This document shows, in pieces, positions 49,960 to 60,974 of a DNA stretch of 64,000 nt. The position numbers and the translations under genes were made by a program. The notes under the pieces are model-generated. The model saw nothing but the letters and a program-made list of their open reading frames with translations, was not told where the DNA came from and ran no database searches. Every line of letters begins with the position of its first letter. Position 1 is the first letter of the stretch. Source of the DNA: Hydrolagus colliei (lineage: Eukaryota); NCBI GenBank assembly GCA_035084275.1, contig CM068742.1, forward strand, positions 93,496,001-93,560,000, read 5' to 3'.

Positions 49960-52499
49960 GAAGAAGAGAAATTAGACCCAAGTGATGTTAGGATCAGCTC
50001 AGCTTCCATCCACCCATCTATTCGGCCAACCATTCCTGAAGGCAGCAATTGGACAGATGTACACATTAAGGAGAACTGGTGAAGTGATATAGCAGGGATG
50101 GCTTTGAACCAAGCCCCAAGATGAATCAGTTCTTTCAGGAACAAGGGAAAAGTATAGAGTTATGAACAAAATTGAAATGTACAAAATTACAAATCCTATC
50201 CTCTGGCTAACTACGCTATTCCCTTTCCATGCTAAACCATTATTCAAGACTATATCATTATGTCACAAACTGCTAGAAGCTTGTTGATGTGCAGCTTCCT
50301 CTTTAGCACTGCACAGGGTCTGATCAATAGCATTCTCCATTAGGCTAATGGAATTACACTCCCTCTCACCCAAGCCCCATGCAACTGGATACAAAGATGC
50401 AAAGTGCCTGCATTATCTCAGTTAAGTTGCAATTTGCCAGGTTTTTAATCACTCTTGTTTCTGGAAAGTAGGAGTAGATATACCAAGGGTGGCTCCTGAG
50501 AGACAAAAATAATATTATCTCTATCCACTTTATAATTATCTAAATCTAATTCTACATTTGGTGGATGTTAAAGATCCCATGGTACTCTTCGAAAAGTGCA
50601 TGGAGTTTTTCCCAGTATCCTGACCAACAATGCCCAAACAAAATTAGTCATTCATGGCCACAAACATGGCTGTTGCTGTGTATAAATTGACTTCCGCAGT
50701 CACTTATAAAGCACACAGTAACAAACAACACTTTGCAGTATATTTCATTAAGCACTTTTAGACGTTCTCCAAACATGAAGAGATCTACATAAAATGCATG
50801 ATTATTATTTTTAGAATTTCACTACTTTTAAATTCTGGCAAAAGCTCCCTCCAATATATCGAAATTTGCATTGAAATACTGATTTAGATATTGATCAATA
50901 TTTCTAAGTATCTTGAGTTTTTATTTCAGTTTCCTGCATTCACTTTTTTTTAAATCTCCAATGCAGGAATTGAGTACCCAGACTGCAATCTCCTATGCTA
51001 CATTTTAGCATAACATAAAAATGTATTTGATCTTTTATATATTTATCTCTTAATCACTACCAGTCACATCTGTATATTTACAAGATTTTTTCAATAAACT
51101 GTAACTTTGCTATTAAACATTAATGCTTGGATACCTTCACAACAAATGTTTACCACCTAAAAAATGTAACAATTAACTAAAATATTTTCTCCCATAACAA
51201 ATCTCCATAATGTATCCTAAAGCACTTCAGTTGCTTTTAATTATGTATTACAGATGTCATGCGAGTTTTTAAAAATATAGCTATTTTTATTCTATTTTAA
51301 ATCCCTGTCAAGTTTGTATAAAAATGGTATTGCTAATGCAAAAGAGTGAAAGGAGGGAAATCAGTACAAGGGTCAAACCTGCAGTTAATCTTACCAATCT
51401 TATGGTATATGCTGTTGTGCATCAAAATATAACCTATGCTGCAAGGTAAATAAATCACTACTCAGATTTGATTGACCCTGCAAGAAACGTAATACAGCAG
51501 TATCCTTACCTCAACATAACAATTTATAACACAATTTTATCAACTTTATTGTGTAGGTTAATATGCTATGTAAACACTAGTTTGTGGTGGCATCAATGTT
51601 ACTTTCAACTCAGAAGACAGGAAGATGACAGCCAGTGTTTGGAACATTAATTTGTTGCAAACTGTGTGTTGAAACTTGCGGCATTTCCTTTCACCACAAA
51701 AATTGGGTTATGAAGCATGGCAAATTTCTTTAATTTCATTCAATGGTCATTAATATTTCCCACTACAGTATCTTTGTTACATGTTCTTCAGCTATTGATG
51801 TTGCAATGTTTTACATTGTCTGCTTGCTGCCATATATATACCATATATAATGGTATTCAACAGGACGAACTATGCTGTTGTCAACAGATAACAAACTGAG
51901 GATGCTCTCCCAGAGAGAGAGGGAAGACAATCTAAGTTCAAAATGTCCTTGGTCATTCTCATGCACCAAGATGCCAGCTACAAACAAACTTTGTTGAAGG
52001 AATCAGAGCCTCTCTCTATGGAGAAAATACAGAGAGCAGGGAGACAAGGAAAAAACACATAATGTTTGGTTTAAACTACACTGTTTGTGTCACATCTGTG
52101 AAACTGGAATATAAATGTGGGCACAATTCAGGCATAAATCACACTGGAGCCCCAATGCCAATATCACCTTGTGGATATAGCTTTGCTTTACTTAAAGCAG
52201 ATCGATTTACACCAAGCTTAAAGGAGTATTTTAACAGATTCATGCAAATATCATACTCTACATTGTACATTATTATTATAATATTTAAACAATTATAGAA
52301 TAATGCCTCCAGTCTGCCTTCAGATCAGGTATTTACCCAAATGACAGAGGTAATTGGAGCTTATTGGATCAGCCAGTCTAAGATGCACTCATTGCCTTGA
52401 TCGCAGGATCAGACTACAGATAGGCTACAGATGGTTGGAAGCACACAGCTGCAGTTCCCAAATCACACTAACAGCTTGAATGAAATGAAATAGCAGCAG

Positions 52500-52640
52500 T
52501 GAAACATAGAAACAGGAGTAGGCCATTCAGCCCCTTGAGCATGTTCCACCTTTCTATAAGATCATGGCTGCTCTGTACCACATCCAATTATCTGTATTTG
52601 TCCTGTATCCCTGAATATGCTGACCTAATAAATAGCTATC
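52500..52640 (-). mobile_element. CR1 3' end fragment
   Basis: CATAGAAACAGGAGTAGGCCATTCAGCCCCTTGAG is the reverse complement of the CR1 tail at ~62585-62620. Confidence 0.75.
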
Positions 52641-53844
52641 AAATGCTGTTTCTCATAAAACACAAAAGCTTATCAAGCTGTAGGTTTTCTTTTTATTTGC
52701 AGGATGCAGGTAGAATTGGAGCAAATAAATAATTCTACCACCAAGACTGAACAACAAATTGTCTTTATATATAGCTCTTTCGTGTCAGAAGGACTCCTTC
52801 AGTGCAGTTTTAATGCATTGATTGTTTGATATCTTACAATACTAGTGATAATTTAATACAATGATGCACAAACCAACTTCTAAAGTTAGCCAAATAGTTT
52901 AATTAAAAAAAAATTATGAATGCTGTACATCGCTGTTCCCGTGCCAAACCCAGGATATGACAAAAGGTTTGTTAAATAAACCCAACCATTGAAAAATTAT
53001 GCTTTTGTTTTGCTAAAAGTCTTATATGTGATAATCTCATTAATCTCACTAAATGCTATTTTGCTCCAGTGTTGAATATGTTTTCACAGATTTGTTTTTG
53101 TTTCTAAATATGTGTCTGTAATTTAAAATTATAAATAACATAATATTGTAGCATGTTTTTAAAATTGCAATTCATTTATTTTTAACCATACAGGAAAACA
53201 TTCTAGATCCAAATTCACTAAAGAAAATACCAAACAAGGAGAATCACAGTAGCCATCAACAAATTCATGATGTGGAGTGAATGGAGCACAATCATTTCCT
53301 TATACTGTACTGGAGCTCATTTATTAAGGAAGGTTTATTAAATTGGATGAAAATTAACAGTAACCAATTTCAAATAATGTTTATTAGGAACTATCCATGG
53401 CAACTCTCTTATTTCTACAATAAATATCAATAGATATTTTCCAAAACACATTTATTAAAACTCTTTCTCCAGGTTTTACTTGTGTCCATATGAAATGACA
53501 CATTTCAAAATACCATAAAGATGTTTGATAGCTTTAAAGAAATTCCATTTATCCCCAGTTTTTAACTATTTTTTCTTTTCTCTAACTATAACTTTCTTAG
53601 TGTAAGACCTGAGCCAGACAGGTTCACAGTGCTCCAGGGGATTGTTGATGGACCGACCAGCCTTGCTCATTAGCACAACTTAGAGAAGTAGACTAATCAG
53701 TAGGGCTGGCATCCATCCCACTTGGCTCTTTATATGCTTGTATGGATATGATAAACAGTGGAAGCTTAACTGGCTCTGCAATGGCAAGTTTTAGCCGGTT
53801 AAACTCTAGCAGTTCCCCAATCTACATTCTGGTATCACCAGGCT

Positions 53845-54070
53845 TTGGCAAGCAAGAGGACCCGAGTTCAATTCTCGGCAGGACCAAACTTTTGGCAAGT
53901 TTCCTTACCCACCTCTGTTCACCTAGCATTAAATAGGAACCCAATTGTTAGTCAATTTGTGGATTGCTTTCCAGGGGTAATAATACCATCAAAATTAACA
54001 ATACCTAATAATTTGGTCAGTCAATCCTTGACTGTTTATGCGACAATGCTGTGTGCAATCGGCTGCTGCA
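53845..54070 (+). mobile_element. tRNA-derived SINE (long variant), abutting an inverted SINE head at 54076-54177
   Basis: GCAAGCAAGAGGACCCGAGTTCAATTCTCGGCAGG head, central CTCTGTTCACCTAGCATTAAATAGGAACC module, then the common body. Confidence 0.75.
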
Positions 54071-55059
54071 TTATCAGGTGTGTGGAGTAAGGAAACTTGC
54101 CCAAGGTTTCATCCTGCCGGGAATCGAACCTAGGTCTCTCACTTATGAGGTGAGTGCTCGAACCACTGAGCTACAGGCCCACTGACTAACTGATGGAACC
54201 AATAAGTTTTGTTGTAAAAGGTACATCTTAAATTGCTAATTCCTTCTTTTATAATTTACAACAACAACAACTTCAATTTATATAGCACCCTCCACGCCAG
54301 AAGGCGTCTCAGAGCGCTTCAATTTACCACTGGAGGTGCAGAAAATGATTCAAGAAACCACAGTAACTTGTGTTATTAGTTGAGATACATGTATTTGTTT
54401 TGTCAAGCAATTCTATGAAAGATCGTACAATAATACATTTACTCAAAATAGAAGTAAACTACGAGTGGCAAAACTAGCTTTGCCAAAGGCACATCGAATG
54501 AGTACATCTGAACTTTCAGCACTTTCTATCTTTAAACATCCTAATAAAGCAAAATTTTAATTTAGTGAAAATAAATACATCTCTGACAGACTCCTCTCTG
54601 TCTGCACTATGGCTCGGACATGCAATATACTTGGGCAGTCACAATACAGTTCATAGTGGCTTTGAATCCACAACAAAAACCTCCGAAGTAATTTGATGCA
54701 ATTGGCAATCTGTCGTATAGAGGTCACATGAGGTTGGCTGGCACAGGACATGGAAAGGTTCGCACTGCTCAGTAGCATGTGTTTTTTCAGAGTTTGGAAT
54801 TAAACATTGGGTGGAGGAAGGGGGCAAAATACCCTGCAGTTTCCCCTTCAAATTCTACACCCATAGCTGATACGAAAATCTGTGCAGCCTTTTTTGAGCT
54901 CTCAGCACCCTTATCATACCCTTTTTACCATAGAACGCATTAAAACATTACAAAAATACAATTAAAAACACACACTGGTAGAATTTTTTACTCCATGAAC
55001 ACAAGCACAAATTGGTGGGGGGAAATAGTTGCTTTCAAAATTTTCTTTATAACTCTATA

Positions 55060-55935
55060 CTATCGGACATCAAGTCCTGGATAAGGACTAACTTTCTACA
55101 GTTGAATGTCAACAAGACCAAAGCCCTCCTGATTCACTGGCATCAGCGCCTTCAGACCTCAGGCACTGGCAGCATCAACCTCCATGGTTGCACACTCCAC
55201 CTCACCAAGCCAGTCAGGAACCTAAGTGTCATGTTCAGTTATCAAGGTTTTAAGGATTCCCGCTCTGTCTTCCCTCACCTCCGCAACATTGCCCGACTCC
55301 GCCACCTCACCCCTCAGGCCGCTGAAACTCTCATCATGCCTTCATCACATCCAGGCTCGACTATGCCAATGACTGCTTGTCAGCTTTCCCAAATCCTCCT
55401 TCCATAGCTGCAGATCATCCAGAACTCTGCAGCCTATGTCCTCTCCCACAACAATGTCAGCGACCCCATCTCCCCCATTATCAAATGCCATTATTATTTT
55501 TGCCCGAATCCATTAGCTCTTATCATTCAGATGATTCAATTCAAGATCCGAGACCTCACCTTTAAAGCCCTCTATGGCCTTGCCCTACCCTATCTCTGTG
55601 ACCTAACTCCCTACTAAACTCTCTGCTCAGCAGGCTCCAGCCTGCTCCAAGTCCCCAACCCAGCCGCCCCATCACCAGCAGGCGAGCTTTCAGCCATTCT
55701 GACCCCAACCTCTGGAATTCCATCCCACAGTCTCTCCGCCCACCCCATACCTAGGCTACTTCAAATCCCACCTCAAGACCCTCCTCTTTGATGGTGCCAT
55801 TGGTCACCCTCCTTTCCCTCTACTCTCCCCAATCCCAACCCCAGCTCAGGTCTGAAACAGTGACTGTCCAGTGCTTTGGGATGTCCTCCCAAGTGAAAGG
55901 CAATATACAAATGAAATTTTGTTGTTGCTGTTGTT
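55060..55935 (+). mobile_element. L2 LINE 3' fragment
   Basis: LSDIKSWIRTNFLQLNVNKTKALLI...LRNIARLRHLTPQAAETLI. (TTG)n tail. Confidence 0.9.
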
Positions 55936-57099
55936 TTGCAGCAACTCTTAAAAAAATTTGATGTCTCCCTCACCCCCCAGAAAATATCTGACCTATACCA
56001 GGATATCTACATGGGATCAGTGAGGACATAGTTCTCGTTTGTCACTGATCACACACATATAGATAGTCCTGGTACTGGTTGCATGTGAATAGCCCTAGTA
56101 CTGATAACATGTGGATCACATGCATTTCTCCCACAAAATGCATGGTCAATTTACTTTGCAGTATATACAGTGAAGCATTTATAATGATGTATTAAGGTTC
56201 TATATCAAATACAAGGACTATTACTACCATTGCCATGGTATTGACAGCATGTGAATAACCCTAACATTGTGCCACTGCAATCAGCTGTTCTCATGGACCA
56301 CACCATCCTTATTATTTCTGGAGTTTGCAGCATGCCAGTCACGTCACCTATATGAGGAAAAGGGATTGACAGCCACAGCAGCTAATCAGACAGCATCGCA
56401 ACAAGCCTCTGTGTGAACATCAGCAGGAGATGCAATAGAGGTGGTACAGGACTGCTCTCAGTAGCTTAGGCGGTCCCAGGATACAAGGTCATGAGCCTCC
56501 TCATTACAGCTGCATAGATTCTGGTGATTTACAGAAGTCGCAATACTTTAGAACCAATGAGTCAAGGTACACATATTATTTGTTGAGTTGTTGGGTCTGG
56601 TGTTATTTAATGTTTGCACCCCACTATATACACATCTGCTGGGCCCACGTGATACTCTTTGAAGAGTCAATAGTGCCTCTTGTCATTTATTATTAAAAAT
56701 AATAATAATCCTTGTATTCGATAAAAAGATCTTCGCATCGGGAAGACGTCTAACACACTTCACGGAATTTACTATAAAGTGTGATGACTGTGTATTTTTG
56801 TAGATGACATTTAAAAGGCACATTCAAGAGCCATTTTTGTTTACGTGCCTGGGCGTAAACCTCCCAACATTCACACCATCCATTTCTGACAGTTCACCAA
56901 TATCAACCAATAGCAAGCAGCTGAAAAAGGTGCACAATTTTTTTTGAGCAAAGCGTTAGTTTTTGCAGCAACACTGCAGCAATAAGCAAATTGATGCAAT
57001 TTAATCCATCCTCAGCTCCAACGTTTGCAGCTGTGGCATTTTTTTTTAAAACGACTAAAACAATCAAACTAAATTTGTCTAGCACCGTTCATGTCGGGA

Positions 57100-58950
57100 G
57101 GACGTCCCGAGGCACTTAAAAGTAGAGTATTCTGAATTCCAGGCACGAACGTCACCGCGGGCAAATATTACACCATCCTGCAGTGCACGAAAAACCAGAA
57201 TCAATGTCATGCCCATGGTTTGTGAATTCTATTGTGTTCACGTCGCTCTCTCCCCCACCGCCCAAGAAAATACAATCCCTAAGGTCCATAGAGAAGCGTT
57301 CAATTTGCAACATGATTTTTTTTCAGTGGAAGAGGGTAGGAAATGAGAGCACCTGCCTCAGGAGGTGAAAACAACACAGTTGATGCCGATAGCTGCACCC
57401 AGGCTAGTGCCGTGCAGGTGGCAATGCAGTGAATTAACGGGGAAGAAAGCCCATCTGCATTTAGAGGCAAGTCAGGATCTCCAGCACCTCTCGCTGTTTC
57501 CCCAGCACCAGGTGATGGAGGACTGACTATCTGAGATGTTTTGGTAACCTGGGCAACGCCTACGTGTCAGCCTCCTGTACAGTAGAGAGGCGGACAGCGA
57601 GCAGGACCTCACGGTGTCGGGCAAAGCATTTTCTCTAGGCAGTAACCGGTGTTGCTTTATCTGAACTCGCTCCTCCACACACGGCAATGCACAGAAACAC
57701 ACTCACACATAGGCTCGCGAGTCTTTTTTTTAAAAAAAGGAAAAAAACACACACACACAAAAAACAACCTTTGCAATATTGTTGAACCCACCTGGCGAAT
57801 GCGGTCGTGCGGATTTGGAGAGGTCCCGCCTCCCTGCGGGGAGGAGGGGGAGGAAGAGGAAGAAGCCATCTTCTAGAAATCTGCAGCTTGTTGTGAAATG
57901 CAATCCTCCAGGAGCCGCCTGTTCCGCAGGCTCACTCGCCCTGACCTGCCGGGGGAGGTGATGATGATGAAGAAGAAGAAGGTGTTTCCCCCCACCCCCC
58001 ACCCTTCAGGAACTGAGTTCACACGTCCAGTGCAGCCACACACTGCATTGCTCTGCCTCTCTTCTCCCCAACTCTGTCCTCCCTCTCTCTGTGTCTCACT
58101 GACTGAATGAAACTGGACTGAGAGAGAGAGACAGAGAGAGAGGAGCTGAGATTGTTCCTGGCTGTCACTCCAGCAGTGACCTTGTGTGTTTGCTGTCAGA
58201 CAGAGAGAGTGTGTGGTGAGTGTATGTGTGTGTGTGTGAGAGTGAGTGTCAATGCAGCATTGCACTGACTGGCTGTGTCCTCTCACTCACTCACTCACTG
58301 ACTGACTGAGAGAGAGAGAGACTCTGGTTCCCAGCAGCTCCCAGACTGGAGGAGCCTGGCGTCAGTCCCTCAGCAACACAACTCACCCACTGATGAGATC
58401 ACGTCCAGTGTAATGAATGCACTAGCGAACAGCTCCAGTCCCATCTTACTGCTGCTCAGAGAGAGAGAGAGACTCGCAGCAAGGTGGGGCGGACAGCCAT
58501 TGCCTTAAAAGCAGACACTGAATTAACACATCCATCGCCACCGATAAGATCACATCGACGGCAAATGCGAATCGTTGCTTGAATTGTGAATGCCGGAGTG
58601 ATTCTGACCCAAAGTCGCAAGAGACTGTCTCTGGGTGACTGGTATTGTTATTGGAGCTTCTTCAATTAGCAATCTAATCCTTACTCTTGCTGACCGTGTA
58701 GTGAAAGGTCTGTGTGCGTGAACACACTTAACATGCAGCACCAGGCAAATGTATATATGTGTGTGTGTGTGTGTGTGCGCCCTATTCATTGAAGGTTGCA
58801 GTGAAGATGAAAAGATCACCTGTTATTTTATATTAAAAATATCTTTTTTCGTAGCACCAAAAAAAACATGAAATGTTGCAGATAAATCACAACAAAGGGG
58901 GCGAGGTCCTTGTCTGCATTTACACAATAAAACCGCCCCCTGATAGTAAT
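57100..58950 (-). promoter_or_regulatory. CpG-enriched promoter / 5'UTR / proximal intron region of the putative ANK2 first exon
   Basis: Visibly higher CpG density than the flanks and no LINE/SINE bodies. GC-box-like motifs GGGGCGG (~58486) and CCGCCCCC (~58933). (GA)n, (GT)n and (CACT)n runs at 58080-58470. The exact TSS cannot be determined. Confidence 0.65.
57792..57869 (-). CDS. ANK2: Ankyrin-2 (ankyrin-B) alternative first coding exon, 26 codons, phase-0 donor
   Basis: ATG at 57867-57869 in strong Kozak context (AAGATGG). Translates MASSSSSPSSPQGGGTSPNPHDRIRQ, then CAG|GTGGGT donor (GT at 57791-57790). Resembles the recalled mouse Ank2 N-terminus MASPTSPGPEGGACTPQNPPRIRQ, which splices to SDSNASFLRAARAG. 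Lies in a CpG-rich, TE-free region. Gene identity is from memory, not from a search. Confidence 0.8.
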
Positions 58951-59549
58951 CCTCGTCCGGCAATGTTAATAACAGTAATAATAATTCCTCTTTAATAATA
59001 TCTCTCGAAACTATTGTGGACTGTCATTGAAGGGAAATGAAAAAACATTGGCAATGACTGAACTTAACAGCAAAGAGGAGACATGGTGGTATAATAATAA
59101 TAATGTATAATGGATTGCAAGGTGAAATAAAATGAACCGATTTTGACTGCACGATTCATTTATTTTTACGTGCGAATGCCTGGTGGTAAATCGTTGACTG
59201 TGTAACAAAATCAGTGTTTATCAAAATGATGGTGCAGAGATTAACGTGTAAAAGATAAAGGATGTGAGTGATTTGAGCCATTCGAAGCTTCATTGGGCTG
59301 GGTGTGGTCACTCAGACTTGAATGGCTTCGCATTTAAATCATGGGCTTTCTAGCTGAGATTCACAAAAGATTGGTGGCAAAGCTATCCATGCCATAGCAT
59401 CACCCAAGTGCCACATCAGTGAGTAACAACAACAAATAATAACACAAAATGCATATCTTTGGCACAAAGTATTTGTCTTCAGTAAGATTTAGGAGAGGTA
59501 TCTAGTTCAGATGTGGGTCCACTAAAAAAAATGAAATGAGTTGGTGGTA

Positions 59550-60320
59550 AACAACAAACAAACAAAACTTACATTTATATAGCGCCTTTCACGTCGAGAG
59601 GACGTCCCAAGGCGCTGTACAGTCAGGTAGGACAAGAGCAGGGTGGGAAGGATCAGGGCAGGATGAAGAATAGTAGGAAAAGTAACTGTATATTAGTGGG
59701 CAAAACGTGGCAGCCAAATTGTGCACAGCAGTGTCCCACAATCAGTCACGGAAGTGGGACTAGGGGCAAAAGGGGGTAAAGAAGCAAAAGGGGAGGGGTC
59801 GAGGCAGGGGGAAGAAAAGCAGGAAAGTCGACTGTATACTTGTGGGCGAAACGCGGCAGCCAAATTGCGCACAGCAGTGTCCCCACAAACAATCGCGAAA
59901 ATGGGGCCAGGGGAGAAAGGGGGAAAAGAGGGTAAGGGGGGGAGAGGGAGGGAAAGGTGGGATGGGTTAGGGTTAGGGAGGAAGAGGGGGGAGAAAGGGG
60001 GGTAAGGAAGAGAGGGAGGGAAAGATGGGTGGGGGCAAGATCAGGAAGAGGGAAGAGGGAGGGAAGGGGAAAAGGGAGGAGAGAAAGTGGGGAAAGGGAG
60101 TGAGGGAAGAAGAAGACGGGGGCAGGGGTGGGGGGAATCAAACAACAATAATAAACAACAAAAGCAATAATATTAACAACAAAAACAGCAACAAACAACA
60201 ACCAACAATCGTCCAGCAACCACTCCTTGTCCTCGCCGCCCGCCTGAATGATCCCTGAGATGGCGGGAAAAAAGGGCCCAGTGTGGTGTCAGGCCCCAAA
60301 ACCGACCAGCTCCTCAGTAA
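59550..60320 (-). mobile_element. Composite retroposon-like segment: L2 tail, two SINE-body modules, purine/pyrimidine tract and (AAC)n
   Basis: L2 stem-loop tail at 59550-59620, SINE-body modules at ~59684-59748 and 59827-59893, GA-rich 59900-60135, AAC-rich 60140-60210, CpG-rich 60230-60315. Confidence 0.55.
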
Positions 60321-60974
60321 ATCAGTTCAAACTGACACCTATGGAACAAAATGGGATGTCAAAATATTATATTAAACCATCCTATTGCCCACATGTTGTA
60401 CAATTCAAATACTCAAACTAGGAAAAAAATAACACTATGGACCATTAAACAGTTTCCCGAAGTGATCCACAATACTCACATCACTCCATCATACACAAAT
60501 TGAAGAGTTTGAGGGGAAGGGCTACTGTAGAAATCCTGTCCAGTCCCAGGAATACAATGTATCCTGTAAGCACATTGAGACATCCTTCCAACCATAAAAG
60601 CACTTTATATCAAGGGCAATGATTAATAATATTATTTGTGTATTATAGAAGAGAGTTTGAGGTGGTAGCAGCTGGTGACAGGTGAGGCGCATTTCCTTAT
60701 GAGTTTGCCTAACCAAGCTATCTTGTTGCCATTGCAACAGGCCCTTTGTGCACAAATGTCTTGGCCTCACTGCTGCTGGAGTTTGCTCCCTTTGCCAGTC
60801 CTGTTCACCTGCTGGCCCTGCCCCTGCAGTGGTCACACCCAATTCACTCAGCTCCTAGTTGCTGGTCTCACTAGATTGCTTGCTGAAGACATGGACATTC
60901 TAGGTGAGGCAGTACATCTCTTGTCTCAGCTGACAAGCCACCACTAATTTGGAGAGGGTGTCATGAAGGGCAAC

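Larger units (their letters stand above)
1..57791 (-). other. Large first intron of the putative ANK2 isoform (continues beyond the window start)
   Basis: Starts at the GT donor at 57791. I found no SDSNASFLRAARAG-like exon 2 by eye or in the ORF track. A short exon could have been missed. Confidence 0.6.

Noticed and set aside
57500-57600. Possible REST/RE1 site (CAGCACC and GGACAGCG half-sites)
   Set aside because: The half-sites are ~80 bp apart, which is not a canonical or known-gap RE1.
57657-57791. Continuation of the 70-aa ORF beyond RIRQ
   Set aside because: Follows a good GT donor and runs into T-rich and (GT)n intron sequence. Only the first 26 codons resemble ankyrin.
59532-59548. 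TGAAATGAGTTGGTGGT resembles a stretch of LF-SINE as I recall it
   Set aside because: The match is too short and the flanks do not extend it.
59721-60258. ORFs of 77-157 aa upstream of the promoter
   Set aside because: Low-complexity purine and (AAC)n translations within a repeat composite.
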